A stretch of DNA of 63,958 nucleotides, filler included, from Octopus bimaculoides (GCF_001194135.2; 4 parts of 4 records of this genome joined end to end with filler, not necessarily neighbours in it), one strand, 5' to 3'; counted from the first letter of the whole stretch, positions 49,891 to 63,958 are shown. Notes: generated by a model not told the origin, from the letters alone. Translations and numbers: made by a program.

Positions 49891-50289
49891 TTTTTTTTTA
49901 GTTAAACGATTTTACGTGAACAATTAAGTCCACACAATCTCTTTCTGGTTAAAAGATATATGGAACAATAATAAGTAAAATTTAATGACTTACTTCAAAA
50001 CTTTAATGTAAATATTAGAGCAGGTAATCATGGTCTTTCGTCCAAAAGATTGTGTAATGGCCTGCATCTACAGCCACGTCTTCTCGTATGCATTGTGGGT
50101 AAAACCTGGGGTAAGAGACATGTGGATTTTTTTTTCTCTTTTCAAAATTTCATGAAATATGTTAATTAGCTTAAGACACCAGGCGCCAATATTAAACAGA
50201 AAGTAATGAAAACTCTGGAGTAAAAATGGTTGGGTGTCGACGGTACAAGGGGACATAAATAGATTACACCAACCCCTTTATTTGAGCTA

Positions 50290-51190
50290 TACTTTATCTT
50301 ATCGTGAAGTGGTTAGGTTAATCAGTTCGCGATCGTGAGTTCAATTCCCGGCAGTGCATTGTGTCCTTCAGCGAGATACTTTTTTTCACGTTGCTTCAGT
50401 TCAATCAACTGGTAAAAATGAATAGTACCTGTACTTCAAAAGGTCAGTCATTTCACATTCTGAGTTACGCTGAATCTCACTGAGAAGTACGTTTAGAGTA
50501 CACATGTCTGTGGTGTACTCAGCCACTTGTGCCTTAATTTCACAAGTAGTTTGTTCCGTTGATCGGGTCAGCTGGAACATTCGTCGTTGTAACCAGCGGA
50601 ATGCCAGTTACTTTATCTTATCGACCCCGGGAATGATGAAAGATAAGTTGATGTAGGCGGAATATGAACTCAGAAAGTAACTGGAAATTCAGAAATAATA
50701 ATAGTTCTGATGTCTACCAACTCTTCAGTTTTATAAGTCTTAAAAAAATAAATAAATGAAATAAACTATAATAATCATCTTGCCATTAAAACTTTTTGTT
50801 TACCTGTTTCAGTCATTGGACTGTGGTCATGCTGGGGCACCAGCCTGAAGGGTCTAGACTAACAAATCTATCCCAGTACCTATTTCTAAATCTAGTACTC
50901 ATTTTATCGGTTTCATTTGTCAAACCGCCACGTTACGAGGACATAAACAGCCAACACCAGTGGTCAAGCGATGATGGTGATCGATAAACAAATACACCCA
51001 CCGACATACATATGCACACATACATGCATGCATACACATACACACGACGGGCGTCTATGCGGTTTTCGTCAACCAAATTCATCCAAAAAGCATTGGTCTA
51101 CTCGGAGCAATAGTAGAGGACACCTGCCCAAGGTACCGGTCATTTAGACTGAACCCAAAACCATGTGGCTGCAATGCGATATTCTTAACC
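50290..51190. mobile_element. SINE-C (50290-50610, +), SINE-A fragment, and SINE-B (50800-51190, -)
   Basis: Family motifs. Confidence 0.75.
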
Positions 51191-51199
51191 ACAGAATAT

Positions 51200-52100
51200 C
51201 GCACTTCGTCACAACCCACCAAGGTCAGTAAATGTCTGTTTTGGTCGATCGCTGCTCTAACGAACAGCCTCCTCCCAGCCGACCTATTTCACCCTGCCTA
51301 TAACATTTTCTTCGCCAGCTTGACAGCATCGGTTAAAAGAGATATTTCCTACATCGCAGTCTGTGAGGTTTCCCAGCGAAATACGGCTAAAATCGTTTGT
51401 AGATCAACATTGGAAGAACTACGCCATGTTTAAAAACTTGTCCTCGACGTCCAGTGCAAATGTAAGGTGGCTGCCCTTCAAAAGCCAGACACTTCATTAA
51501 GCAATCATTCTTCGATCTTTGTCGCCTTTTCGTAAAGCTAGTCATGCGAAACACCTTTAATATCGGTATAACCATACCAAAGGTGTACCATCGACGGGTG
51601 CCTTTAATAATGGTTCCTAACATCTTGCTTACAAAACATGCAGAATGCTTATCCACTACTGGCAACATCTCGATGTTCACCGCTGGTTTTCTGCAAGGTA
51701 ACTCAATCAGATCACTTCTCTTTCATAAACCGTTCACGATGTTTCTCGTTCCATTCGTTCACTGTTCTGGGACATGGACGACATGACATGAGGAGTGAGG
51801 AGGTTGTCGAGAACATCGCAAATGACTTTTGGAACACTATTCTAGTCGTACAGTTTCTTGGAGTCGTCTGAATCAGAATTGAGATTTCGAATGAATTAGA
51901 AAGCAAATTTCGTTCCACGGCACGGAGCATTTGATCCACCCAGACGAGATGCAACCGAGCTAGAGAGGTGATACCCATATTCTCAGTTTGCCAGATCTTT
52001 TGAAGGCTGTCCAAGAAGGCTCTGGAAGCTACACGAAAGAACTTGACCACAAAGTGACTTTGCTGTCCTTATTCATCTTACTTTCCATTAAATAACAGCC
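51200..52100 (-). mobile_element. Old LINE (RTE-like) pre-RT/RT-start remnant
   Basis: In order on the minus strand: NEWNEKH, MKCLAFEG...QVFKHGVV...IYKR, EISLLTDAVKLAKKML. These resemble ERW.EHF...E.LK...IW..G..P...K.G...NYRGISLL..GKI. Heavily frameshifted. Confidence 0.5.
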
Positions 52101-53294
52101 TCAGTCTTCCGAAATTTTTCATTTCACGGTTCACTACGACATAACATCTTGACTCTACTGTTCATTCGTGTGCGTAATACACCGTCGATGCCATTTACGG
52201 CAAAACTGTCTGACAACACGTGAATCTTCGTGAGAGGCCCGACAGCGTCACTCTCACGTCAACGTCTGATTGTAGTAACAATATTTCTTTCCTTCATCCT
52301 CTTCAGTTCCACCCTCGTCTAGTTGGCGCTACATCAGAGCCTAATGTGAAGTGAGTACGAGACATTGTAGGATATCTGGACTCATGATGGCAGCACTATC
52401 TCCCAGAATGTTACAATATCAAAACGCAATTTCACCAGAACGAGCTTTCAGTCCTTCCTCAACTAACGCTGCCACATCAGCCTCCGAACTGCCTCACAAC
52501 TGAATCAATGAGATCAGGCTCAACATACTCCACTGCTCATCATCCAGCATATCTTAAAGATTTAAAGATATCGGAACTGCTATGTGCCAAGGTTTCTGCG
52601 TGTGGGAAATGCATGAATGTCTCCGAGAGATTGAAAATGATTCAGCAATTTACCATTATGTCGGTGGTGAAACAAATAATACACTTATCAATGGCGAAAT
52701 CTTTTTTCTATTTGCCTTAATCTGAGAATAAATGAAAATTAGTTTGTTAAATTTTTCCCCTGTAAATTGCCAGCGATTATCGAATAACTGAACTGTGAAT
52801 TATATGTGCAAAATCACTAATGGAAGACAATTGCTTGTAAAGNNNNNNNNNNNNNNNNNNNNNNNNNNNNNNNNNNNNNNNNNNNNNNNNNNNNNNNNNN
52901 NNNNNNNNNNNNNNNNNNNNNNNNNNNNNNNNNNNNNNNNNNNNNNNNNNNNNNNNNNNNNNNNNNNNNNNNNNNNNNNNNNNNNNNNNNNNNNNNNNNN
53001 NNNNNNNNNNNNNNNNNNNNNNNNNNNNNNNNNNNNNNNNNNNNNNNNNNNNNNNNNNNNNNNNNNNNNNNNNNNNNNNNNNNNNNNNNNNNNNNNNNNN
53101 NNNNNNNNNNNNNNNNNNNNNNNNNNNNNNNNNNNNNNNNNNNNNNNNNNNNNNNNNNNNNNNNNNNNNNNNNNNNNNNNNNNNNNNNNNNNNNNNNNNN
53201 NNNNNNNNNNNNNNNNNNNNNNNNNNNNNNNNNNNNNNNNNNNNNNNNNNNNNNNNNNNNNNNNNNNNNNNNNNTATATATATATATATATATA

Positions 53295-53327
<33 letters not shown>

Positions 53328-54232
53328 CTTCTTGATATATATTGTGCTATGTATATATATATATGTGTGTGTCTGTGTATATACATATATAAATATATAC
53401 ATATAAGCATATGTATATATGTATGTAGTGGTTTCATGCAGGCATAGCGGGTATTCGATCCTCGATAGCCAAATTTCACTTAACAGTTCAACAGCACTTT
53501 TCTCACGATAAAACAATAGTTTTTCTATGGGTGACAGCAGTTATATTTACCAGATGCCTTCGCTAAGCAGAATAATGTCTTTGCCAGTTTATCCTTTTAG
53601 GCCACCAACAGCTAGAATAGAGATAACTGACCGCCAACGAAATTCATTGTTCTGAACAATATGTCTCTCCTTCTAACTAGTTTGGATAATTATAAACACT
53701 AAAACACAGTCGGAAAAAAGGGAGTTGGCAAAAAGGCTATGACACAGAAGCAACCACGGGCAGAATCCAGTTAGTGAGACAATTCAACTGAGAGAAGTTT
53801 TACAGTGTGTCTTATCACAACACCACTGCTGTTTAAATATCAGGCACAATGAAGGCATCATTTTATCGATTTCCTACACTTAACATTCATTCTATCTTCC
53901 CCTCATTCCTGGGTAGGCAGCTAGCGGTTGACCAAACATGAACAGCAACAAAACCACAAGAAAAGATAACTATTGTTTTTATACGATAAACACACCTGCC
54001 CGTCGAGGCATGTCATGATACAAAGTAACGGTAAATAAATATTTCTTTACAACTTCGATCACTGTTCTTCGTTCATCTTGCACATCTACAACAGCAGCAC
54101 TCGTTACAATCGCTAACTGCCAACTCTAGCATATATCATAATGCAAACCGTTACACTGACAACCAACCACCTCAACAACAACTGTTACAAATTGGTAACC
54201 CTCGACTGTAACGAATATCATAATACCAACCG

Positions 54233-54273
<41 letters not shown>

Positions 54274-55004
54274 NNNNNNNNNNNNNNNNNNNNNNNNNNN
54301 NNNNNNNNNNNNNNNNNNNNNNNNNNNNNNNNNNNNNNNNNNNNNNNNNNNNNNNNNNNNNNNNNNNNNNNNNNNNNNNNNNNNNNNNNNNNNNNNNNNN
54401 NNNNNNNNNNNNNNNNNNNNNNNNNNNNNNNNNNNNNNNNNNNNNNNNNNNNNNNNNNNNNNNNNNNNNNNNNNNNNNNNNNNNNNNNNNNNNNNNNNNN
54501 NNNNNNNNNNNNNNNNNNNNNNNNNNNNNNNNNNNNNNNNNNNNNNNNNNNNNNNNNNNNNNNNNNNNNNNNNNNNNNNNNNNNNNNNNNNNNNNNNNNN
54601 NNNNNNNNNNNNNNNNNNNNNNNNNNNNNNNNNNNNNNNNNNNNNNNNNNNNNNNNNNNNNNNNNNNNNNNNNNNNNNNNNNNNNNNNNNNNNNNNNNNN
54701 NNNNNNNNNNNNNNNNNNNNNNNNNNNNNNNNNNNNNNNNNNNNNNNNNNNNNNNNNNNNNNNNNNNNNNNNNNNNNNNNNNNNNNNNNNNNNNNNNNNN
54801 NNNNNNNNNNNNNNNNNNNNNNNNNNNNNNNNNNNNNNNNNNNNNNNNNNNNNNNNNNNNNNNNNNNNNNNNNNNNNNNNNNNNNNNNNNNNNNNNNNNN
54901 NNNNNNNNNNNNNNNNNNNNNNNNNNNNNNNNNNNNNNNNNNNNNNNNNNNNNNNNNNNNNNNNNNNNNNNNNNNNNNNNNNNNNNNNNNNNNNNNNNNN
55001 NNNN

Positions 55005-55056
<52 letters not shown>

Positions 55057-55418
55057 TTCGTGAGTCTTTAATTATATAAAAGCTTAGTTGCGAGCGATCG
55101 GTTCGGCAGGAAGATATTGGGTCTTTGAAGAAAGATTTAATGATTAAATACACCAACCAACCAACCAACGCATTCACCAATAATTAAGGCCAAAACATTC
55201 CCCCACTCCACCCACCAAAAGAAACCTCCCATATTTACGTCTATAAATCTATAAAGCTAGCTACTGATCAATAAATAATTGAGATATAATCGATATGGCT
55301 AGGTAAATTGAAGTTAACCTGATTTGTATTTTATAAACTAGTTTCCCTTCAAATCTAGTCTGTCCTTGCCAAATCATTATTGCATATCCCTACTGATGCC
55401 ATTCTCTTCCTCTCTCTT

Positions 55419-55460
<42 letters not shown>

Positions 55461-55703
55461 CATCCTTTTCTCACTCCCTCTCTCTCTTTACCACTTTCTC
55501 TTTTTCTCCCCTTACTCTTTCTCTCTTCCTCTTTATCTTTCTCTCTGTCTTTTTCCCTCTTTCTCTCATTTCTCTCTCTCTTTCTCACTCTCTTTTCTCT
55601 CTCTCTCTCTCTCTCTTCATGTGTCTCTCTCTTTCCCTCTCTCCTTTTCTCATTCTCTCTCTCTCTCATCACCATCACCCAATATGGTGGTGGTGGTGGT
55701 GGT

Positions 55704-56062
55704 TGGCACTCCGTCACTTACGATGTCGAGGGTTCCAGTTGATCCGATCAACGGAACAGCCTGCTCGTGACATTAACGTGCAAGTGGCTGAGCACTCCAC
55801 AGACACGTGTAACCTCAACGTAGTTCTCGGGGATATTCAGCGTGACACAGAGTGTGACAAGGCTGACCCCTTTGAATTATAGGTACAACAGAAACAGGGA
55901 GTAAGAGTGAGAGAAAGTTGTGGTGAAAGAGTACAGCAGGGTTCGCCATCATCCCCTGCCGAAGCCTCGTGGCGCTTTAGGTGTTTTCGCTCAATAAACA
56001 CTCACAACGTCCGGTCTGGGAATCGAAACCGCGATCCCATGACCGCGAGTCCGCTGCCCTAA
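55704..56062 (-). mobile_element. SINE family C, near full length
   Basis: Reverse complement of the 6142-6510 copy, with a (CAC)n tail. Confidence 0.88.
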
Positions 56063-56546
56063 TGATCACCCAATATATCCAGAAAGTAAAACGTGTCACT
56101 TTTGTTGTTTAACCTCCTCAAGTCATGCTCGATTGAGCAAACTTAAGATCAAAGACAGTCCAATTATTTGGGGTTGATTCAAGGTTATGAAAGACGAAAC
56201 TCTTTTAATGCAACTGGCATCAGAATCGAACCAAGTATCTTAAGATGGCGAAAGAGATTTGTCAACAATCGAATTATATTTCTGTGTTATTTTTCTATAT
56301 CTGTTTACATTCTTGGCTCTCCGTATCAATACCGTCAGTCACACATAAAAAAAAATATTGGCATTCCTGCTTCATGAAATTTCATTTCCCTAAAGTTATT
56401 ATAATATTCTTGCTGAGATATAAGAGTATTATTGTATGTATATTTTTTCCTCAAGTATGTGCGTACATATACATACATACAAACACACGCGTGTTTTTCT
56501 CGAATTGTTACTTTCTTTCCCTTCGGACCTTTCATCATTGCTCTTT

Positions 56547-56573
56547 CTGACGAAGAGCCATGCTCCAAACGTC
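56547..56573 (+). ncRNA. HHR-like PLE terminal motif (G12>C)
   Basis: CTGACGA-A-GAGC-CAT-GCTC-CAAAC-GTC; stem I is not supported. Confidence 0.4.
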
Positions 56574-56951
56574 ATTCCCCCCTTTTTTCCATCTAAAACT
56601 GTCAGCCTAATACATTCACTGTGTACGTCCTTTTGACTTTTGCCGCTTTTGTTTTTATTTTTATTTATTTTTTTTATTTTCGATCTACCTGCATATGTAT
56701 ATATCGCATGCAGCTGTGCATCGTTAACCAGCTAGAGGACATGTCCTCTTGGGGTTAAAAAATCGCAGTAGAGTCCGCTCGGGCGGACAGCCATGATAGC
56801 CATACAAACTTTCATATATATATAAACACTATTATTTGCATCAGAGGTAGTATAAGATTAAAGCAGTCATTTACACATCATGCTTAACGTAAATACATCA
56901 AGATAAGCATAATTTACTGTGGTATTCGTCTGGAGATTGTATTTCTTATAG

Positions 56952-56998
<47 letters not shown>

Positions 56999-57490
56999 NN
57001 NNNNNNNNNNNNNNNNNNNNNNNNNNNNNNNNNNNNNNNNNNNNNNNNNNNNNNNNNNNNNNNNNNNNNNNNNNNNNNNNNNNNNNNNNNNNNNNNNNNN
57101 NNNNNNNNNNNNNNNNNNNNNNNNNNNNNNNNNNNNNNNNNNNNNNNNNNNNNNNNNNNNNNNNNNNNNNNNNNNNNNNNNNNNNNNNNNNNNNNNNNNN
57201 NNNNNNNNNNNNNNNNNNNNNNNNNNNNNNNNNNNNNNNNNNNNNNNNNNNNNNNNNNNNNNNNNNNNNNNNNNNNNNNNNNNNNNNNNNNNNNNNNNNN
57301 NNNNNNNNNNNNNNNNNNNNNNNNNNNNNNNNNNNNNNNNNNNNNNNNNNNNNNNNNNNNNNNNNACTGTATGGAGACTAAGAAACATCCTAATCAAAAG
57401 AATTGCGTGTGTGTGTGTATGTCAGTTTGTCTGTCTGTCTGTCTGTATGTATGTATGTATGTTATGTATGTATATATGTATGTATATATG

Positions 57491-57529
<39 letters not shown>

Positions 57530-57657
57530 TTCTATACGTATGTGTGTGAATGCGAGCGCGATGTGTTTATCTATCTACCTAGCTATGTATCTAACTATCT
57601 GCCTGTCTATCTATCTGTCTGTTTGTCGGCCAGCCTGCCTGCCTGCCTGTCTGTCTG

Positions 57658-57718
<61 letters not shown>

Positions 57719-57735
57719 ATATAAGTATGTGTTTA

Positions 57736-57782
<47 letters not shown>

Positions 57783-58267
57783 TGTGTCTCTATCTATCTG
57801 TCAATCTGTTTGTCTGTCTGTGTGTTTGTTCGTTAAAATATAAAAAGAAAACCACAAACTCCAAGAAAGAAATCAATACAAATTTAATGGAGTATAATGA
57901 ATTTGTATTGCATTGACAGCGAAACCGTTGTTTCGTTGTGTGAACTTCTCCAGTTACTGCACCACCACCACAACCACCAGAAACCTCCACCACCACCATA
58001 AGCGCCAGCGCCAACAACAGTAACTCCATTCCCCACTCCCACCACCACCACCACTAACGTTTTTGCGAACTACACTAACCCGCCGCCCCTTAGAGCCATG
58101 ACCACGCTCTGCTAACGATTCTCTCACAACAAGAATCTTCTAATTTACCAATGTCTCAAATGACCTGGTTTTTGCAGCTTTTTTGTCGTATGTGTGAGTG
58201 TGTGTGTGTGTGTGTCTGTATGTGTGTGTGTGCATGTGTGTGTGTTTGTCAAAGAGTGTATGTGTGA

Positions 58268-58316
<49 letters not shown>

Positions 58317-59339
58317 CGTGAGTGTTCTTTTATGTGGTTTTGCACTTTAGTTAAATCCTTTACTTACACATCTGTTAATTTCTCATTCTCATTAAACACA
58401 CACAGATACACACTTACATATATATATACTTACACACATATATAAATACGTGCACCTACATATTCATACGCATTATATAATTATACATATGCATGCATAT
58501 ATACATATATNNNNNNNNNNNNNNNNNNNNNNNNNNNNNNNNNNNNNNNNNNNNNNNNNNNNNNNNNNNNNNNNNNNNNNNNNNNNNNNNNNNNNNNNNN
58601 NNNNNNNNNNNNNNNNNNNNNNNNNNNNNNNNNNNNNNNNNNNNNNNNNNNNNNNNNNNNNNNNNNNNNNNNNNNNNNNNNNNNNNNNNNNNNNNNNNNN
58701 NNNNNNNNNNNNNNNNNNNNNNNNNNNNNNNNNNNNNNNNNNNNNNNNNNNNNNNNNNNNNNNNNNNNNNNNNNNNNNNNNNNNNNNNNNNNNNNNNNNN
58801 NNNNNNNNNNNNNNNNNNNNNNNNNNNNNNNNNNNNNNNNNNNNNNNNNNNNNNNNNNNNNNNNNNNNNNNNNNNNNNNNNNNNNNNNNNNNNNNNNNNN
58901 NNNNNNNNNNNNNNNNNNNNNNNNNNNNNNNNNNNNNNNNNNNNNNNNNNNNNNNNNNNNNNNNNNNNNNNNNNNNNNNNNNNNNNNNNNNNNNNNNNNN
59001 NNNNNNNNNNNNNNNNNNNNNNNNNNNNNNNNNNNNNNNNNNNNNNNNNNNNNNNNNNNNNNNNNNNNNNNNNNNNNNNNCCCCCCACACACACACACAC
59101 ATATACACAAACACTCACATATACGCAATCAAACATTCACACACACGAACAGTCTCTGTGAAGCACACACTCACACACAATTACTGTGCTACAAGTATAT
59201 GGAAATGTGTTAAGTCGATTTAATTATCTCCAGTATATAACTGGTATTGATTTTATGAACTCCACTGGGAGGAAATGCCAAACTGAATATTACTTCGTTC
59301 TTTACATGACCCATATTAATAGACGAGTTGTTTAATCAA

Positions 59340-59680
59340 TTGGGCGCAGCATTGTCGAATGGTTAAGAAATTCGATTCATAATCACTGTGTCCCGTGTTC
59401 GATTCTACGCTACGCATAGTATCTTAAGCAGAAGTACTTTGCCATCGCATCGAGTCGACCCAAAGCTTGTGAGAGAAATTGGGTTGATGGAAACTATGCT
59501 GAAGCTCACCAGAAGGATCGTCCATGCAATTCAAAGGGTACAGCCTTATCTCATACACTGTGCCATGCTAATTGTGCCGGAGAATTACGTTAAGGATACA
59601 CGTATCTGTGGAATACTTAACCACTTTTATGTTAATCCAACGCGTAAATAACTCAGTTTGATCGACCGACAGAGATCCAT
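59340..59680 (+). mobile_element. Composite SINE (B-type head with C-type 3' body), decayed
   Basis: GGCGCAGC...GGTTAAGAA head followed by ...GAGAATTACGTTAAGGATACACGT. Confidence 0.55.
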
Positions 59681-60298
59681 TACTTAAAATTAATTGCAGT
59701 GATAGCTACGAGAGTATTGTAACCATATTCTATTTGATGATGAAAAAGGATATTTATTGCGGTTGGATTCGAATTCATAAACGACAAATCCCAGGCTGAA
59801 TTCTATCAACTTCTCTATCTCCTCTTCATAATGGTTTCCTTTGAAGAATTTATTTTTGTTGAGAAATGGTTACAGTCAAAATAGTACCGCATCGATCTCA
59901 CCAGTTTAGGAGGAATCACGAAGTGTATGGACCTTCACCCTCCCCCTCACCACCTCGAACCAGGTTTTTTTTTTCTTTTTTGAAACACCCTATTTGTATT
60001 TGAAAATACACAAACTCAAAGATAAAAATATAAATATAGGTATTTAGGGCGATGTTTAATTGTCCCTATCATTCCGGCGCCATTATAGTAATAGAAATGT
60101 ACTGGAAAATTTACTTAATTTCTCTTCAATTGCATAAACCAGGAATACCAAAAATAGCCAACATTCTACTCACGTTCAATACATAGTCAATATTTACTGT
60201 CTATTAATATTAATTTTTGCTAAAAATCTATCGTCTGCTCGTATTGAAATGTATATTTTTCTGTATAAATAACGACGCCATTTTATTTATTCGTTCAT

Positions 60299-60335
<37 letters not shown>

Positions 60336-61479
60336 AGTACACGAGCTTAACGATCAACTAATGTAAACACTGAAGTGTACAAACAAACAGCAACGATTAT
60401 CGATTCATGAATTGGCGCCGATTGTTAATATTTTTCTACAAGTTCAAATGTCGAGTGTTCTGTTGCACAGCTTGGCAGGGAAATATTAAAATAACATTAT
60501 CAATCTTATGAATACCGAATGTATTCCACTACATACTCCCCCAAAACTGCTGTATGTTATAATTATAAGTCAACCTGAGGGTTAGGGTTTGCTTTTCATC
60601 TTTCTGTAGTCTATAAATTACAATATATTAAGGGTCAATTGAAATATTCTTTTTATGTACCCAAGTCAACCATTTTATTATCTGGTTGGGAGAAAGCGAT
60701 TGTGATAGAAAGAATGGAGTACAGATGTTTATGCCTAAGTACATTTGGTTACATAAGGTTTTGTGTTAGAATAAAACAGGTTCGACTTTGACTTTCATCC
60801 TGTCAAGCATTGATATAGTAGATAAAGGTGTTACACTTGGGTCCACTCATTTGTACAAATGTGAGGTTCTATGCCAACGTTTGGAAGGAATACAACGACA
60901 GAAATGTCTCAGAATATTTACTTTAGTCTCTCTGCGTTGTAAGTTCGAACTTACTGGAGTCATTTTACATCGAGCGATGATGATGATGGTAGTGGTGGTG
61001 ATGGTGGTGATAATGGTTTATTTTATTGGCCAAGGGCGCAAGACATGGAGGAAAATATCAAAGGAAAAATTACAACACACAAAACAGGTGAGAGGTTACA
61101 TCGATCGAAGGAAGACACTGCAACATTAAAGGATATAACAAAGGACATATAATTAGAAGTTAGAGAAGTAATAGATAGATAAATAAATAAAATCCACAAT
61201 AGTGGGCCAGTCTACTTAAGGCAATTCGGAGTAAACCCCATGCAAAAGCCCCGGATTACTCTGCCATTCCCTGGCATAGGAAGTACTATCTTCCAGTTTC
61301 TTTCCTTCTACTTAGAAAAGCATACTCAAGTAAACCTGAAAACTTATTTTGGTTTTTGGCCGCAGCATTGTGAACCCAACTCTCACTCGTTACAAATGGT
61401 TTTAGGGAAAATATCAACATCGCAACATCGCCTCGCTAAATAATAAAAATTTTAGCATTTAGTCAACCAATATCTAAAA

Positions 61480-61800
61480 CCAGTCAGACACTAAAACTAC
61501 ATGGACGCTCGGCTTCATTAATATAGCAGCAAATCTCTCTTAAAACAAACACTGGAGCCTTACATGAAAAAGAACATGGTGGATGTCGTCTCTAATAAAG
61601 AAAGCGTTACAGACAGCGATGATGCTGTCAACTGGAAAGCTGCTGATCTGAGACTCAACTGCAACGACTGCTACGACAAATAACTGTTTCCTTTGGCATA
61701 CATTGTAAAGTAAAAAGGTGAATTCCTTGCTGGTTTCCAAGCTGAAATCTGTTCCATTTCACTTTACATTCAACGGTTTGTGGAGGATTTTTTAATTTAT
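61480..61800 (+). mobile_element. Possible RTE RT C-terminal remnant
   Basis: TTWTL...RTW.DVVSNKE...KGEFLAG resembles ETWT...I.W.D.V.N.EVL...YGEL..G. Confidence 0.35.
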
Positions 61801-61969
61801 TGGGTAGCAGCACCAATATTAAAGTCCTTACGCTGTGTATCGAGTCAGCATTGAAAACTTCGTTTTCGTACTGTGGATTCAGTAGAAACCAGGAAACCAA
61901 TCCACTTCTCTCCAAATAATTTTATTCGCAAAAGTAATTTCAGGTCAGCCTCAGTATTATAGTTTTGTC

Positions 61970-62185
61970 GAAGTCGGTGAGCTGGAAGAATCATTAGCAC
62001 GCCAGGAAAAATTCATAACGGCATTTCGACCGTCTTTACGTTCGAAGTTCAAATACCATCGAAATCGATTTTACCTTTCATCCTGTCGGAGTCGACAAAA
62101 TAAGTACCAGTTGAACACTAGTGTCGATATAATCGACTAGACCCCTACCCCAGATTTCTGGCCTTTTGCCAAAATTTGAAGCCGA
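61970..62185 (+). mobile_element. SINE family A
   Basis: Family match. Confidence 0.8.
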
Positions 62186-62808
62186 TATTATAGTTTTGTC
62201 ACTTCTTAGATTGTCGAATTGATCTATTGTCTTTAGGCGTCCTGAGTTTATTGAAGAGTGAAGTCCTTTTCCTCAAACACAGCAATGTTAGGATACACAT
62301 CACAAACCTATTATCTCGGTATTTGGAGACCTGTACAATTGGCCATTCAGCCCTCATATACCATTCAAATGGCCTTGCAAAATAACTATGTATATCGTAT
62401 GATTTTCATTTCCCCTCTAACATTTAAAAACTCATGTAGTCAACGTTAAAAACTTTATCTTTATGCTGTAGATCTAGTAGAGGCCGGGCAATCAAATTGA
62501 GAGGACGGGGCTTTCTCCAAACAATTCCATTCACGGGAGAAATTTAAACCCGGTTCGACAAACTAATGAACCATCTGTTAATGAAAGGCGACATTATCTA
62601 GTTAAGAACTTTAAAAAAAAAAGTTGTATTTATAATAATTATGAAAAAAAAAAATCTATTTTTCCTCTTGTGAACGGGCTTTTTTCTGTTTTCTGAACTT
62701 TTTCGAAACCCTGTAATTCGTTTGTGTTTCTTTATTATATTTTTAACATAAAATATAATTTGTATCGATTTTGTTAATCTTATCCAATCTTTTTCTGTCT
62801 GTTTCTAG

Positions 62809-62892
62809 TTTATAAGCGGAACATTTACCATCCACGTGACAAAGTTATAGCTGTTCATGTACCAGAGTACCATAAACTTCAAAATTCTCCAT
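62809..62892 (+). CDS. Candidate 84-bp phase 1-1 coding exon, product unknown
   Basis: Acceptor TCTTTTTCTGTCTGTTTCTAG| and donor |GTAAGT. Only one frame is open: YKRNIYHPRDKVIAVHVPEYHKLQNSP. Confidence 0.6.
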
Positions 62893-63371
62893 GTAAGTAT
62901 GTGATATCATTCCTTTCTCCTCTATTCATTCGTTGATAGCGTATTAATCACATCTTTTCACTGATTTCATATCGTGTCAATCGCATATGTTCATGTGGTT
63001 TATACTCTGCAGATATCATACATTTTCAGAGACTTCATATTCTGCTACAGACAGTTCCGTATCTTCACTATTGGATAGATATTGTATGATGAATCAGTCA
63101 TTTACAAAGGAGTTCATCCTGCGTTTGATTAATTTATATATATATATTTTTACTTCCTACTGATACGATGATACCTATTGTAGACATTTTGTTGTCTATT
63201 ATTTACGCAAATTTTGTGAGCACAAACATTTGTATATACGCAGAAAAATGTCGCTAAAACCTACTGAACATATTGTTTAAATATATATATAAATGGCGGT
63301 GCCCCAGCATGGCCCCAGCATGGCCACAGCTCATGAGCTGAAACTAGATAAAATGAAAATGNNNNNNNNNN

Positions 63372-63407
<36 letters not shown>

Positions 63408-63789
63408 TATATATATATGAATTCATATGTGCATACATATATATATATACACACATAAATGTAAACACATATATACACATCCCTACATATACATAACATA
63501 CCCACATGTATACATAGAGACATACACATACACATATTCATATGTATGTAGACACGCACTCACACATATATACATACATATAAATATGCATACAAGCACA
63601 TATATATATGCACAAGCATACACATACGCATATATATACATACACACATATACACATACGTATGCATACATACGTACGTACAAACACAAAAACATACATA
63701 CATGCATACATACATACTTATATACGCATATCTGTCCCTCATTCTATCATCTCAAACGTACCCCAGGATTCGGTTTTGTCCTTCATTGG

Positions 63790-63958
63790 TTTTGTCCAAA
63801 CATAGAGGGGACAAACAAGGACAGACAAAGGGATTAAGTCGATTACATCGACCCCAGTACACAACTGGTTCTTAATTTATCGACCCCGAAAGGATGAAAG
63901 GCAAAGTCGACCTCGGCGGAATTTGAACTCAGAACGTAACGGCAGACGAAATCCTATG
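63790..63958 (-). mobile_element. SINE family A, young-looking and truncated by the window end
   Basis: Near-consensus GACCCCAGT...CGACCCCGAAAGGATGAAAGGCAAAGTCGACCTCGGCGGAATTTGAACTCAGAACGTA. Confidence 0.9.

Overview
Eukaryotic, AT-rich, extremely microsatellite- and SINE-rich genomic DNA from a gappy short-read assembly. The repeat families and style suggest an Octopus/cephalopod genome (inference). Three 100-bp spacers of the form N44-TTAATTAATTAA-N44 (at about 25.7, 35.1 and 45.5 kb) mark artificial joins, so contiguity across them is not established. Most listed ORFs are artefacts of microsatellites and N-runs. Supportable content: decayed Penelope-like element (PLE) pieces (an RT at 1-739, a GIY-YIG endonuclease at about 30 kb, several hammerhead-ribozyme (HHR) termini); RTE, Tx1/L1, R4/Dong and BEL fragments; mariner/Tc1 and Merlin/MULE-type MITEs; many tRNA-derived SINEs of three families; and a few candidate short exons of unidentified host genes. 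No intact gene, rRNA, true tRNA or CRISPR array was found. The most interesting signals are: (i) a 177-bp palindrome of two opposed type-I HHRs (36735-36911) whose arm mismatches cluster in the ribozyme core and stem II; (ii) a GIY-YIG gene whose GIY half was flipped by a reconstructable template switch and which has about 114 aa between GIY and YIG; (iii) an ORF-less 536-bp direct-repeat unit carrying a near-canonical HHR (retrozyme-like); and (iv) variable hairpin arrays in RTE 3' UTRs.
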